Made by a program: the position numbers and the translations under genes
The notes under the pieces: generated by a model
Seen by the model: only the letters and a program-made list of their open reading frames with translations
The model's database searches: none
Told to the model about the DNA's origin: nothing
Assembly (NCBI GenBank): GCA_963740315.1
Contig: CAVUDP010000002.1
Location: 512,001-576,000, forward strand
Source: an uncultured cyanobacterium
GTDB lineage: Bacteria > Cyanobacteriota > Cyanobacteriia > Cyanobacteriales > Nostocaceae
DNA length: 64,000 bases
Reading direction: 5' to 3'
Part shown: positions 49,110 through 60,531 of the stretch, piece after piece
How positions within the stretch are numbered: position 1 is the stretch's first letter
How the letters are laid out: each line of letters opens with the position of its first letter

Positions 49110-49610
49110 AGTTGCAAGTAACTAATTTTAATTACTATGTGTAAATAGGATAGAACTTGTGTAATTTTAGAGAGACGTAATCTTGCTATAGCTTGTTGCC
49201 ACAAGTTTGAATAAAATACGGCAAGTCTACGTTATAAAATTCGTCTACTATTATAAAATTCAGATAATCTTTATAATTTGTTACCACTAATTACTCAGAT
49301 ATTGATGGTATTCATCCCATAATTACTTTTTTTAGTCAATATTTCTTTATACAACTATATACAGTTACCAAAAGTTAGGAGTTAAGAGTTAAGACCACCG
49401 GAGTTAAGCAATTTTAAATTCTTTTTTCTTCCTCTACTCTCATCCCCCCATCTCCCTCTCTCCCCATCTCCCAATCCCCTTGTCCCCACTTCCCCATTCA
49501 ACCACGAAAAATAAATTAGATTTTTGATGATTCCGTTTAGCTTCCGCAAGCTTGTGGCAAAATTTATTAAGTTTATAAAAGTCCTCCCAATAATTTAGAG
49601 TTTTCCCAGC

Positions 49611-52604
49611 ATGACTACAAACCTTCCAAGTCTTTACGATCCTTTTTCCACCGAAGCTAAATGGCAGAAGTTTTGGGAAGAGAAACTTTTGTATAAAGCT
49701 AACCCCGATCGCGATGGCGAACCTTATGCGATTATGATTCCCCCACCCAACGTTACGGGGAAACTGCATATGGGGCATGCTTTTGACAATACTTTGATTG
49801 ATTGTCTCGTGCGCTATCACCGCATGAAGGGTTTTAATGCTTTGTATCTCCCTGGAACCGATCACGCGAGTATTGCGGTACAAACAATTATTGAAAAGCA
49901 GCTTAAGGAAGAAGGTAAGACTCGTTACGATTTAGGACGCGATAAATTTTTGGAACGTGCTTGGGAGTGGAAAGCTGAATCTGGAGGTACGATTGTTAAC
50001 CAGTTGCGGCGTTTGGGTGTGTCTGTGGATTGGACGCGAGAACGGTTTACGATGGATGAAGGTTTATCGAAAGCTGTTCTGGAAGCTTTTGTTCGTCTTT
50101 ATGATGAAGGCAAGATTTATCGAGGAAATTACTTAGTTAACTGGTGTCCGGCTTCTCAATCGGCGGTTTCCGATTTGGAAGTTGACCAGAAGGAAGTTGA
50201 CGGTAAGCTGTGGCATTTTCGCTATCCTCTCAGCGACGGTTCCGGCTATCTGGAAGTAGCTACAACTCGTCCGGAAACTATGCTCGGAGATACTGGAGTC
50301 GCAGTTAATCCCAACGACGATCGCTACAACCATCTCATCGGTAAGACTTTGACTTTACCTTTAATGAATCGCGAAATCCCGATTATTGGCGATGAGTTGG
50401 TAGATCCCGCTTTCGGTACTGGTTGTGTAAAAGTTACTCCCGCTCACGATCCTAACGACTTTGAAATGGGTAAGCGTCACGATTTGCCGTTTCTCAATAT
50501 TATGAACAAAGACGGCACGATGAATGAAAATGCCGGGGAGTTTCAAGGGCAAGATCGTTTTGTGGCGCGGAAGAATGTTGTCGCAAGGTTGGAAGCTGAT
50601 GGTGTTTTAGTCAAAATTGAAGATTACAAGCATACCGTTCCCTACAGCGATCGCGGTAATGTTCCTGTAGAACCTTTGCTTTCTACTCAATGGTTTGTCA
50701 AAATTCGTCCGATGGCTGATAAAGCTTTGGAATTTTTCGAGCAGAATTCTCCAGAATTTTACCCCGAACGTTGGGGAAAGGTTTATAAAGATTGGCTCAT
50801 AAAATTAAAAGACTGGTGTATTTCTCGTCAGCTATGGTGGGGGCATCAAATTCCGGCTTGGTATGCAGTTAGCGAGACGAATGGTGAAATTACCGATACT
50901 ACGCCGTTTGTAGTCGCAAAAGATGAAGCAGAGGCATGGGAAAAAGCCAAAGCACAATATGGCGAAAACGTTCAATTAGAAAGAGATGCTGACGTACTCG
51001 ATACCTGGTTTTCTTCTGGATTGTGGCCCTTTTCTACCTTGGGATGGCCCGAAGAAACCGAAGATTTAAAGAAATATTATCCTACCAGCGTTTTAGTAAC
51101 TGGCTTTGATATTATCTTCTTCTGGGTAGCCAGAATGACCATGATGGCTGGTGAATTTACTGGAGAAATGCCGTTCCAAGATGTTTACATCCACGGTTTG
51201 GTGCTGGATGAAAACGGTAAAAAAATGGCTAAGTCGAAGGGAAATGGTATCGATCCATTAATATTAATTGATAAATACGGTACCGATGCTCTACGCTACA
51301 CTTTGGTTAAAGAAGTAATTGGTGTTGGACAAGATATTCGTTTCGATTACAACCGCAAAACCGATGAATCACCTTCTGTAGAAGCATCGCGCAACTTTGC
51401 CAACAAGTTGTGGAATGCAGCCAGATTCGTAATGATGAATTTGGAAGAACAAACACCGCAGCAGTTGGGAATACCCGCAGCCACAGAATTAAGCGATAAA
51501 TGGATATTGTCACGCTTCCATCAAACTGTTCAGGAAACTAACAGTTACATGGAAAAATATGGCATGGGAGAAGCTGCCAAGGGACTTTACGAATTTATCT
51601 GGGGTGATTTTTGTGACTGGTATATTGAGTTAGTAAAATCTCGCTTGCAGGAAGATGCCGAACCTACATCGAGACGGGTAGCGCAACAAACCTTAGCTTA
51701 TGTATTAGAAGGGATTTTAAAACTTCTGAGTCCCTTTATGCCTCACATTACCGAAGAAATTTGGCATACCTTGACTCAACAAGGAACAGAATCCGGTGAA
51801 AGTTTATCGCTGCAAAAATATCCAGAAGCGAATACACAATTAATTGACACCGAATTAGAGTCAGAATTTGAATTATTAATCGGCACAATTCGCACAATTC
51901 GCAACTTAAGAGCAGAAGCAGACGTTAAACCAGCCGTAAAAGTTACCGTTAATTTGCAAAGCGAAAGCGCAAAAGAACGTCAAATTCTTAATACTGGAGA
52001 AGCATATATTAAAGATTTGGCGAAAGTTGAGAATTTAACCATAGCTAACAAACAAAACAGCGTTAAAGTAACAAAGAAGAAAAAGAACGGCGCTTTAAGA
52101 ATAATTATCTTAGGTTTGCTAACAGTTACCTTAGCTAGAGTCGCTTACGCTGTATCAATTTCAGTAGATAACCTTCCTTTCTTTGGAACATTTTTTGAAC
52201 TAGTAGGTTTTGGTTATTCACTATGGTTCATCAGGATATATTTACTCTCTAATAAAAAGAGACAAGAATTGCGACAAAAATTCTTCAAATCATCAACTGA
52301 TGCAAACCCGACTCAAGTAGAAGAATCACTATCAGCATTAGGAGAAGTTGCAACGGGTGTAGTTGGTACCGTACAAGTACTGCTTCCCCTTGAAGGTGTA
52401 GTAGATATGGAAGCATTGCGTGGCAAATTAGAGAAAAGCCTCAGTAAAATAGAAGCTGAAGTACAATCTCTAACTGGTAGATTGAGTAATTCCAAATTTG
52501 TTGATAAAGCACCAGCAGACGTGGTACAAGGAGCCAGAGATTCTTTAGCAGAAGCCGAAAAACAAGCCGAAATTTTACGCGATCGCCTCGAACGGATTAA
52601 ATGA
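49611..52604 (+). CDS. valS: Valyl-tRNA synthetase with an inserted CAAD membrane-anchor domain
   Basis: [43 protein letters not shown]; a two-helix hydrophobic insert before the C-terminal coiled coil. Confidence 0.97.
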   Translation: MTTNLPSLYDPFSTEAKWQKFWEEKLLYKANPDRDGEPYAIMIPPPNVTGKLHMGHAFDNTLIDCLVRYHRMKGFNALYLPGTDHASIAVQTIIEKQLKEEGKTRYDLGRDKFLERAWEWKAESGGTIVNQLRRLGVSVDWTRERFTMDEGLSKAVLEAFVRLYDEGKIYRGNYLVNWCPASQSAVSDLEVDQKEVDGKLWHFRYPLSDGSGYLEVATTRPETMLGDTGVAVNPNDDRYNHLIGKTLTLPLMNREIPIIGDELVDPAFGTGCVKVTPAHDPNDFEMGKRHDLPFLNIMNKDGTMNENAGEFQGQDRFVARKNVVARLEADGVLVKIEDYKHTVPYSDRGNVPVEPLLSTQWFVKIRPMADKALEFFEQNSPEFYPERWGKVYKDWLIKLKDWCISRQLWWGHQIPAWYAVSETNGEITDTTPFVVAKDEAEAWEKAKAQYGENVQLERDADVLDTWFSSGLWPFSTLGWPEETEDLKKYYPTSVLVTGFDIIFFWVARMTMMAGEFTGEMPFQDVYIHGLVLDENGKKMAKSKGNGIDPLILIDKYGTDALRYTLVKEVIGVGQDIRFDYNRKTDESPSVEASRNFANKLWNAARFVMMNLEEQTPQQLGIPAATELSDKWILSRFHQTVQETNSYMEKYGMGEAAKGLYEFIWGDFCDWYIELVKSRLQEDAEPTSRRVAQQTLAYVLEGILKLLSPFMPHITEEIWHTLTQQGTESGESLSLQKYPEANTQLIDTELESEFELLIGTIRTIRNLRAEADVKPAVKVTVNLQSESAKERQILNTGEAYIKDLAKVENLTIANKQNSVKVTKKKKNGALRIIILGLLTVTLARVAYAVSISVDNLPFFGTFFELVGFGYSLWFIRIYLLSNKKRQELRQKFFKSSTDANPTQVEESLSALGEVATGVVGTVQVLLPLEGVVDMEALRGKLEKSLSKIEAEVQSLTGRLSNSKFVDKAPADVVQGARDSLAEAEKQAEILRDRLERIK

Positions 52605-52932
52605 TTGAGTTAGTTGTTAGTTGTTAGTTGTTAGTTGTTAGGAGTTATGAATCACAAAATTGCAAGTTAATAAAGTAAAATTGGACGGTTTGGGATGCGC
52701 GTACTACAAGATTTTGATGATTTATCTTTGTAGCTCAATTAATTACAAAGTGCTGTAATACTCGGAATTATAGCCATTTCAAATAAAAAACAGATGGTTT
52801 GCATTCTTCTACCGAATAGCCAAGATTTTCACCCTAGAGCAAGATGCTCCACTAGATAAATTAATTCAAACCCTAACTGAAGCACCACTAACAACTAACA
52901 ACTAACAACTAACCACTAACTTTTTTAAAACC

Positions 52933-53379
52933 ATGTTATATCTAGCCCAGGTACATAAAAATGAATTTTTAGTTCAATCCGAGTTACGGTTGTTAGCGCG
53001 TCAAGAAACTAACAATATGTGGGCGATGATTCCAGAAGAAGCTGTTATTCTTTTGGGAAAAGGTAAACATTTTACCGAGAAATTGCTCGTTTTAGTAGAA
53101 CTTTCTGCTACGGGAGAAATTGAAAAAATTGAAGACGCTACCAAGTGGGTATTGGAAATAGTGCAAAAATATCTTACCACCGGAATCTCACCAGAATTTT
53201 TACGTCAAGAAGCCGAACGAGCCGAAGATTGGCGACAAAATTTAACTTTACAAAATCAAGACTTAGCGCGTAGAACTTTAGAATTAGAAGCACGTAGAGA
53301 ACAAATTCAAGCCTTAGAAGAAGCCCTTCAACGCGCTAAAAATGAAGCTCATCATCCAGATGAAAATGTGGAGAGTTGA
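52933..53379 (+). CDS. Conserved cyanobacterial coiled-coil protein resembling the N-terminus of HmpF
   Basis: MLYLAQV...ELRLLA.Q...W...LVLVEL...I..I.DA...E.W.Q.LT.Q.Q.L.RR..E.EAR.EQ; similarity is from recall. Confidence 0.6.
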   Translation: MLYLAQVHKNEFLVQSELRLLARQETNNMWAMIPEEAVILLGKGKHFTEKLLVLVELSATGEIEKIEDATKWVLEIVQKYLTTGISPEFLRQEAERAEDWRQNLTLQNQDLARRTLELEARREQIQALEEALQRAKNEAHHPDENVES

Positions 53380-53687
53380 TTTTTTTTTAATATTTTTATT
53401 GTGATTTTAAATAAATTGAAGCCCTCACCCTCGAAGGGTGGGGAACCACCAGAACAAAGCCCACCGTAAGGTGGGCTATAAAATGAATTAGTATTTTAAT
53501 AAATTTAGGACTTAGCAAAAAGGCACATTTTTCTTGTAGGGTGTGTGACGCATTAAGTTAATTTGAACGTAGCAATAAGGTTTTTAGCGTCACGCACCAT
53601 CAACCATTTGTGACAATAATTACGCTACCGCGTCACGCTCAGAAGACCGTAAGTCATGAAATTATTACAAGTTAGCGCTTTAAGAAA

Positions 53688-55727
53688 CTACAAACCAAAA
53701 AAAGTTGCTGCAACCCCAAAGTAAGGGAGAAGTTTCTTCAAAACAGGTTTGATATTTCCCCACAAAGTCTTCCCAGATTCCACCGTTTTACTAGCAGTTT
53801 CTATCGTTTGAGCCATGCGTTTAAGGTTTCCTGCTGCTAACTGTTTATCCGGTTCCGCTGCTTGGGTTTCTTCTTTTGCTGCACCAAGATATCTTAATGA
53901 TTTTTCCTTATCTGCTTCTGGTAATTCGGGTGTGGATTTTATAAGTTCTTCAATTTGCGCCAGCTTTTGGATAACATCGGCTTGGGTGAGTTTCTCATCG
54001 GGTTGAGTCACATTCGCTTCCATCTGTTGGTTGCTGTTATCTCCAGCAGCTTGCATGCCACCGTACATATTACCACCGCTCATGTTTTGAGAAGTTCCAC
54101 CAGGATTGTTATTCATATTTTCTATCTTATCTATGTTGTAAACGTTTAAATAATCCGAACGTTGTAAAGTTTGAACAATACTTAAAACATCACGAATTAA
54201 ATTACGATCTTTTTCATCAAGCTTTCTTAAAAGTAATTCAATTTCCCTTTCTGGTAAACCTTTGATTTTATTATAAATTTCAAAATATTGACCGTTTAAC
54301 TGAGATTCATCTGCTGAAGGTGCGGTTTTAGCGCGGAGTAAAAATTTATCTTCTCCGCGTTTTTCTATCGCTACAATTTCTAATTCCGCATCGGGGTTAT
54401 TTTTTGCTAATTTTTTAAATGATATAGCTATAGCGCGGGGGTCAACGCCTTGGCTATGATAAAGGTCAAGGGTGTCAAATAGTGGCTGAATAAAATCACC
54501 GAAATCCCCTTCAGAAAAATTTTCTTTCCAATTATCCGGTTTACGTCTGGAGTTCTGGTATCGGCCGCCTAGTTTGACTAATCGCATAAAAACATATTCA
54601 CACCTTACGTCATGAAACTTTGTATTGATAGTAATATTCCAATTTTGAATACATGCTCCTGTAAGTGTTGCTCCGGTAAAATCGGTGTTATCTAATTGTG
54701 TTTTGACTAACTTGGCTCTGGACAAATCCGCATCTTGCAAACAAGCTTCGCTCAAATCTGTACCGATGAAACTTGCATCTGTTAATGTAGCTTCTTTTAA
54801 ATTAATTCCTCCTAACTTAAGATCGTCAAAATTTTTGTTTTGTCCTTGTCCGGTTAATATTAATTGGCGTATGTGGGAATGTTGTAAATAAGAAGTGCCG
54901 AAACGTACTTGATTAAATTTAATATTGTAAAAGCAGGTACGAATCAGTTGAGCATCTCGTAAATCTGTGCTTTTGAGGTAAGCAGCAGTAAAGTTAGCAT
55001 CGTTTAAATTGGCTCTGCGAAAACTCGTACCTCTATTAGCCACAAAAGCAACTGCTACATTCCGTACTAAAGCATATTTTTCATCTCCCTTCATCGCTCG
55101 CCAACCTACGTAAGCACTTACGACAACTCCGGCGAAAGCTCCGGCTACGGCGAAGGCTACGGTTCCGGCTCCGGCTCCGGCGAAAGCGAGATCTGTGGCG
55201 AAAGCTGCGGCTAGGGCGAAAGCAAAAGCAAAAGCGAAAGCGAAAGCGAAGGCGAGGCGTGTGGCTACGGCTTTGGCTTCTGTTCCAACTGCGGCTACGG
55301 CGAAGGCTGCGGCTACGGCGAAAGCTGCGGCTACGGCTACGGCTAGGGCTAAGGCTCCGGCGAAGGCGAGCCTTACCTCTATTCCTTTGCTAATAATAAT
55401 TACATATATAATAATCGTTACAATCAGTGCTACCCAGCCTAAAACTTTGAACTCAATATTCTGAGAATTAAATAGGTACGATATTATAGCTCCATTAAGT
55501 AGAAAGAGAAAACCTGATAGTCCCGACAGTAACCAAGAAAGCATAACCAGCAGCAATGCCCAACGCTTTTGCAAACCAGCTTTCGCACCAGTAAAGTCTG
55601 CTCCCTGTAGGTTCGCACCAGTAAAGTTTGTCCCTCTAATGTCTTTACCCTTAAAATCCGCATCTTCTAGGTTTTGACCTTTAAATGACTTTCCTCGTGG
55701 GTTTTGACGTGAGTAATCCACAGTCAC
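53688..55727 (-). CDS. Pentapeptide-repeat membrane protein
   Basis: A(D/N)(L/F)xx repeats at the N-terminus and in the middle, TM helices, an Ala/Phe low-complexity tract and a helical C-terminal domain. Confidence 0.88.
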   Translation of the reverse strand: MTVDYSRQNPRGKSFKGQNLEDADFKGKDIRGTNFTGANLQGADFTGAKAGLQKRWALLLVMLSWLLSGLSGFLFLLNGAIISYLFNSQNIEFKVLGWVALIVTIIIYVIIISKGIEVRLAFAGALALAVAVAAAFAVAAAFAVAAVGTEAKAVATRLAFAFAFAFAFAFALAAAFATDLAFAGAGAGTVAFAVAGAFAGVVVSAYVGWRAMKGDEKYALVRNVAVAFVANRGTSFRRANLNDANFTAAYLKSTDLRDAQLIRTCFYNIKFNQVRFGTSYLQHSHIRQLILTGQGQNKNFDDLKLGGINLKEATLTDASFIGTDLSEACLQDADLSRAKLVKTQLDNTDFTGATLTGACIQNWNITINTKFHDVRCEYVFMRLVKLGGRYQNSRRKPDNWKENFSEGDFGDFIQPLFDTLDLYHSQGVDPRAIAISFKKLAKNNPDAELEIVAIEKRGEDKFLLRAKTAPSADESQLNGQYFEIYNKIKGLPEREIELLLRKLDEKDRNLIRDVLSIVQTLQRSDYLNVYNIDKIENMNNNPGGTSQNMSGGNMYGGMQAAGDNSNQQMEANVTQPDEKLTQADVIQKLAQIEELIKSTPELPEADKEKSLRYLGAAKEETQAAEPDKQLAAGNLKRMAQTIETASKTVESGKTLWGNIKPVLKKLLPYFGVAATFFGL

Positions 55728-55789
55728 AATTCTAAAAGTTCTACTACAAGTTTATATTGGTGTCAGTGGAATTAACTTATGCAGTTGGG

Positions 55790-56010
55790 GTAAGTAGGTG
55801 AACAAAAATATTTATGTCATTGCGAGCGAAGCGAAGCAATCCCAACTCCTGCGATTGCTTCGCTCCGCTCGCAATGACTTTACTTACATTATTCGTGTGT
55901 AAGGCTTATTTCTACTTCAGAAAACATGCGGAGGCAGGTTTCGCCTGTGTAGCCAAGCCACTGCGTTGGGCGGGTTCCCCGACTTGTAGGAAGTGGCGCG
56001 CGATTTCAAT
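55790..56010. repeat. GTCATTGCGAG...CTCGCAATGAC palindrome, plus a second repeat carrying a nested 42-nt element
   Basis: Near-perfect palindrome at 55816-55878; minus-strand GCCACTTCCTACAAGTCGGGGAACCCGCCCAACGCAGTGGCT at about 55951-55992. Confidence 0.75.
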
Positions 56011-56188
56011 CGCTAGGTGCGGCATATTCCAATAATAAGTATCAAATCGCCAGGTATCCGATCGCCAAACATCAACCCCAAATTCATAAAAATTATTCAT
56101 TCACCCAACTACCCACAATCGGCTATTATGATCGAATAAATTAGCTTATAGCATCACAGTTTCCCGTCCAATATTCTCCGCCAAATTG

Positions 56189-57358
56189 ATGCAAACACAA
56201 CAAAAATCGGCGCAAAAGCCAAGTATTCGACCTCAAAATCCTAATTTCTCTTCAGGTCCTTGTTCTAAACGTCCTGGTTGGTCTTTGGAAGTATTAAATG
56301 ATGCAACTATAGGACGATCGCACCGTTCTAAGTTAGGTAAGGCAAAGTTAGCGGAAGCGATCGAGTTATCTAAGGAAATTCTGCAAATTCCCGATGATTA
56401 CCGATTGGGTATTGTCCCCGCATCGGATACGGGTGCGGTGGAAATGGCGATGTGGACTATGTTAGGACAGCGCGGTGTTGATGTTTTAGCATGGGAAAGT
56501 TTTGGTAAGGGCTGGGTAACTGATGCAGTTAAACAGTTGAAGCTCAAAGATATCAATACTTATGAAGCCGATTACGGGCAAATTCCCGATTTTTCGCTAG
56601 TTGATTGCGATCGCGATGTGGTTTTCACCTGGAACGGTACGACTTCTGGCGTGAGAGTTGCTAACGGTGATTGGATAAAAGATAACCGTCAGGGGTTGAC
56701 AATTTGCGATGCAACTTCCGCCGCTTTTGCGATGGAAATTCCTTGGCACAAAATTGATGTTTTGACTTATTCCTGGCAGAAAGTCATGGGTGGTGAAGCG
56801 GCACACGGTGTAATTGTTTTATCACCAAGAGCGGTTGAAAGATTAGAAAGCTATACTCCCGATAGACCTTTACCAAAGATTTTTCGCTTAACAAAAGGCG
56901 GTAAACTTATTGAAGGAATCTTTGAAGGTTCGACAATCAATACACCATCAATGTTGTGTGTAGAAGATGCGATCGATGGTTTGAAATGGGCGAAATCAAT
57001 CGGCGGTTTATCGAAGTTAATTGAGCGTTCCAATAATAATTTACAAGTTTTAGAAGACTGGGTTGCCAAATCCGACTGGATTGATTTTTTGGTAGAAGAT
57101 AAATCGATTCGTTCCAACACTTCTATTTGTTTCAAGATTGTTGATGAATGGTATAAATCTTTATCGAAAGAGGAACAAGCAGCCAAAGCCAAAGAGTTGG
57201 TATCTTTGATGGCGAAAGAACAAGTTGCTTACGATATTGGTTCCTACCGTGACGCTCCTCCAGGGTTGCGTATTTGGGGTGGTGCGACGATAGAATCCAA
57301 GGATATGGAAGCTTTAACTCATTGGTTGGATTGGGGATTTGGTCAGTTGAAGCAGTAG
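56189..57358 (+). CDS. serC: Phosphoserine aminotransferase (Methanosarcina/alphaproteobacterial type)
   Basis: [50 protein letters not shown] (PLP lysine), TINTPS, GLRIWGG. Confidence 0.92.
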   Translation: MQTQQKSAQKPSIRPQNPNFSSGPCSKRPGWSLEVLNDATIGRSHRSKLGKAKLAEAIELSKEILQIPDDYRLGIVPASDTGAVEMAMWTMLGQRGVDVLAWESFGKGWVTDAVKQLKLKDINTYEADYGQIPDFSLVDCDRDVVFTWNGTTSGVRVANGDWIKDNRQGLTICDATSAAFAMEIPWHKIDVLTYSWQKVMGGEAAHGVIVLSPRAVERLESYTPDRPLPKIFRLTKGGKLIEGIFEGSTINTPSMLCVEDAIDGLKWAKSIGGLSKLIERSNNNLQVLEDWVAKSDWIDFLVEDKSIRSNTSICFKIVDEWYKSLSKEEQAAKAKELVSLMAKEQVAYDIGSYRDAPPGLRIWGGATIESKDMEALTHWLDWGFGQLKQ

Positions 57359-57714
57359 GTTTCGTTTGTCGGTAGATGTAGACGGTAGATGTTGACGTAA
57401 GATGGAGCAGATGGAGACGTAGCAGATGGAGACGTAGCAGTGCTACGTCTCTACATTGTTTTTTTTACAGTTGGGTTTCGCTTCAAAAAACAACTGTGGG
57501 AAATTACTCAGATATTAATAAAACTTTTTCCGGGTTATACCAATTAGAAACCGTATCATACTTATAGTTACAGCGGAAGATGTTTCTTTAAGATATTGCA
57601 AACTATTTATGAAATTTAGCTTTTAACAGCTACCAATATTTTTAAAATTCCTGACTGTAGGGTGTGTTTATAGAAAAACAAAAAACAGATTCATAGGTGA
57701 GAGAGGAGAAGTAA

Positions 57715-58347
57715 GTGAAAGATTCTACAGCAGTTCCTTCAGATTTTTCATTAGAAGAATGGATCAGTAATCCATTAAAAGATGCGACAAGTAAAGAAGA
57801 TACTTTAATACAAGATTGGATGGAAAATTCGGAAGATAAATCAGAATCATTCGATGAAGTTAATGAAGCTTACGAAATCGAATGGGTAAATGAAGAATTT
57901 GGAGAACAAAAGGCTTTAACACTCAAACAAAGAAGAATTTTAGGGAATCTTTACTATTATTGGAGAACTTATAAAGATTCTAGCGGACAAGGTGGAGAAG
58001 TCTACAATCACGTACCCTGCCGCACCAAAATTCAAGGGCGATCGCCAGACGTTGCATACATTACGCCGCAGTTAGCAAAGCATTTTGGCGAACTTGAAGT
58101 TTTCCCTCAGAGTTTTCCTTTAATCGCCGAAGTAGCTTCTCCTGCTGATTTAGCAGAAGAATTGATTGCAAAGTCTCACGAATATTTGCGATCGGGAAGC
58201 GAGGAAATTTGGTTAATTTTCCCCGAAAATCGCTGGATTATCATAATTACGGAAAATCAACGACTTGTATTCACTTCTGGCGATATTGTTTACACTCAAA
58301 GACTGTTAAATGGCTTTAGCGTTGAAGTTGATGAATTATTAGCATGA
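57715..58347 (+). CDS. Uma2 family endonuclease with an acidic N-terminal extension
   Basis: GRSPDVAY, IAEVASP, AK..EYL.SG.EEIWL..PE, LL.GF.V.V.EL. Confidence 0.85.
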   Translation: MKDSTAVPSDFSLEEWISNPLKDATSKEDTLIQDWMENSEDKSESFDEVNEAYEIEWVNEEFGEQKALTLKQRRILGNLYYYWRTYKDSSGQGGEVYNHVPCRTKIQGRSPDVAYITPQLAKHFGELEVFPQSFPLIAEVASPADLAEELIAKSHEYLRSGSEEIWLIFPENRWIIIITENQRLVFTSGDIVYTQRLLNGFSVEVDELLA

Positions 58348-58559
58348 GGAAAGTAAAAAATGTAGAGACGTAGCACTGCTACGTCTCCATCTCAACCGTC
58401 AAAGCGTAAAAAATGAACCCAAATAGCATCCTAACTCTTACATTATCTCTCCATAAAAATGCTATTAATAGCTCACCTTACGGTGGGCTTTGTTTATGTG
58501 CTTCCCCAGTGCGGGTAGGGTTGCAATCCAAAATCCAAAATCCAAAATCTAAAATTCTA

Positions 58560-59297
58560 TTACCTAAACCCCAAAATTTCCGAAACTGCTTTAACAATAT
58601 CAAGATAAAAATTTCCCTGCACTTCACGGAATAATTCAAACTTAGTATCGGGGGCACCAAAAAACGGTCTTAAAAACCATCCTAACTGCATACCGACAAA
58701 GCCGTAAAGCAGCAACCAAGACCTTAAAATAGTTGTACGAGTACCCTTCCCAGTTTCATTTTGTTCGGAAAGTAGCTGCATTCCATCGTAAAGAAATTTA
58801 ACTCCAAATGAACCCGTAATAACAAAAATAAGCACGTTAAGAATTTTGAAAAATTGGTAGGAGTTGGGTGTAGTGATTAAAAAGAATAGCGTCACTGGTG
58901 CAAAGCTGAAAAGCAAGACGCTAATTACAGATACAGCCGTAAGTAATACTACAAAATGTTGTTTTAAAGTACTGCGAGAACCGAATAAAACATTGAAAAA
59001 AAACAAAGTTGGAAAGCAAATCATTATCGACAGCAAATAGAATGCAGGAAGCTTGATAGTACTGGTTAATGCTTGCATCCAGCCATGAGAGCCACCAATA
59101 ATACCGCCATAAATCGCAAAGAAAATAGAGCTACAAACTAGTAGAGAATTAGTTTTACTTTGCAATCTTATTTCCTGACGAATCTCTTCTAAAAAGCCTT
59201 GGCGATCGCGCAGTAAGCTAAGTAGAACATTAAAATGTTGAGTTCCTTGAAACTCAGTCTTTTTTTCCAGCATTTTATTATCTTGATTCATAGTCAT
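58560..59297 (-). CDS. Polytopic membrane protein (Yip1-like), paralog 2
   Basis: About 5 TM helices; KLPAFYL..ICFPTL.F, QLGWFLRPFFG, NFY. Confidence 0.8.
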   Translation of the reverse strand: MTMNQDNKMLEKKTEFQGTQHFNVLLSLLRDRQGFLEEIRQEIRLQSKTNSLLVCSSIFFAIYGGIIGGSHGWMQALTSTIKLPAFYLLSIMICFPTLFFFNVLFGSRSTLKQHFVVLLTAVSVISVLLFSFAPVTLFFLITTPNSYQFFKILNVLIFVITGSFGVKFLYDGMQLLSEQNETGKGTRTTILRSWLLLYGFVGMQLGWFLRPFFGAPDTKFELFREVQGNFYLDIVKAVSEILGFR

Positions 59298-59334
59298 TAT
59301 TTATTTCAGTAGTTTTTATAAATTTTATGAATAC

Positions 59335-59637
59335 AGGGAATGGGGTAGAGGGGGTAGAGGGGGAGAGGAGGAGATGGGGGGATGGGGAGATGGGGAGATT
59401 GGGAGATGGGGAGTAGAGGGGGAGATTGGGAGAGGGGGAGATGGGGAGATGGGGGGTAGATGGGGTAGTTAAACAGCGAGCAAGATGCTCGCACTACTCC
59501 TAACTCCTAACTCCTATACGGTTACTGAGCTTGTCGAAGTACTCCTAACTCCTAACTCCTAACTCCTATACGGTTACTGAGCTTGTCGAAGTACTCCTAA
59601 CTCCTAACTCCTAACTCCCTACTCCTAACTCCTAACT
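59335..59637. repeat. STRR cluster (G-rich octamers/nonamers, ACTCCTA heptamers) with a duplicated nested element
   Basis: Read directly; TATACGGTTACTGAGCTTGTCGAAGTA occurs twice within the heptamer array. Confidence 0.85.
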
Positions 59638-59638
59638 A

Positions 59639-60343
59639 TTACCGAAACCCCAAAAGGTGAGCTAAAGATTGAATAACACTTAAATAAAAGTTTCCTTCTC
59701 TTTCTCGAAACAACGTAAAAGATGCTGTTGGTGTACCGAAAAATGGTCTGAGAGTCCACCCCAATTGACTACCAACAAAGGCATACAAAAACAACCACGA
59801 TCGCAAAATTTTCCGGCGTGTCGTACTATTTTCACCATCTTGTTCTAAAACGACTTTTGCAGCTTTATATAAAGAAGAAATCCCAATAAATCCCGTAGCC
59901 GCAAAAATAATTACATTTAACAAAATTAGAAACTGATAGTTACCAGTACTAAGCATAAAAAACAAAGTTATTGGCGCAAAGCTGAATAACAGCACGCTTG
60001 TCACCGAAACCGCTGTTAACACCAAAGCAAAATATTGAGAAAAAGTGCGTTTGTCGCCAAAAATGATATTAGCGAAATACAAAGTAGGTAAACAAATCAG
60101 CAGCGTAATTAAATAAAGCGCTGGTAATTTGACGGCGGAAGATAAAGCCTGCATCCAGCTATGATAAGCACCAATAATCGCGCCATAGATAGACAAAAAT
60201 AGCGAACTACAAACTAATAAAGAAATGATTTTACTTTGTAACCTTACCTTCTCGCGAATTTCTGTTAAAAATACTTGCCTTTCCCGCAATAAGTTAGTTA
60301 ATACAACAAAGTATTTATTAGCTGTTGATTGTTTTTGAATCAT
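59639..60343 (-). CDS. Polytopic membrane protein (Yip1-like), paralog 1
   Basis: KLPALYL..ICLPTLYF, QLGWTLRPFFG, NFY; clearly homologous to the downstream gene. Confidence 0.8.
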   Translation of the reverse strand: MIQKQSTANKYFVVLTNLLRERQVFLTEIREKVRLQSKIISLLVCSSLFLSIYGAIIGAYHSWMQALSSAVKLPALYLITLLICLPTLYFANIIFGDKRTFSQYFALVLTAVSVTSVLLFSFAPITLFFMLSTGNYQFLILLNVIIFAATGFIGISSLYKAAKVVLEQDGENSTTRRKILRSWLFLYAFVGSQLGWTLRPFFGTPTASFTLFREREGNFYLSVIQSLAHLLGFR

Positions 60344-60531
60344 TTTATTTGATAGTTGATAGTTGTTATTTACTTATTGCTAAATCAAATTTATAAGTTT
60401 ATTTGCAATCCAAAATCCAAAATCCAAAATTCTATAACTCCTAACTCCTAACTCTCAACTCTAACTCCTCACTGATAAATGGTAACAAGTTACTGGTAAC
60501 AAGTTACTGGTAACAGCTCACTGCTCACTGT

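Noticed and set aside
55814..56100. ORFs 55814-56035 and 55912-56100
   Set aside because: They coincide with palindromic dispersed repeats.
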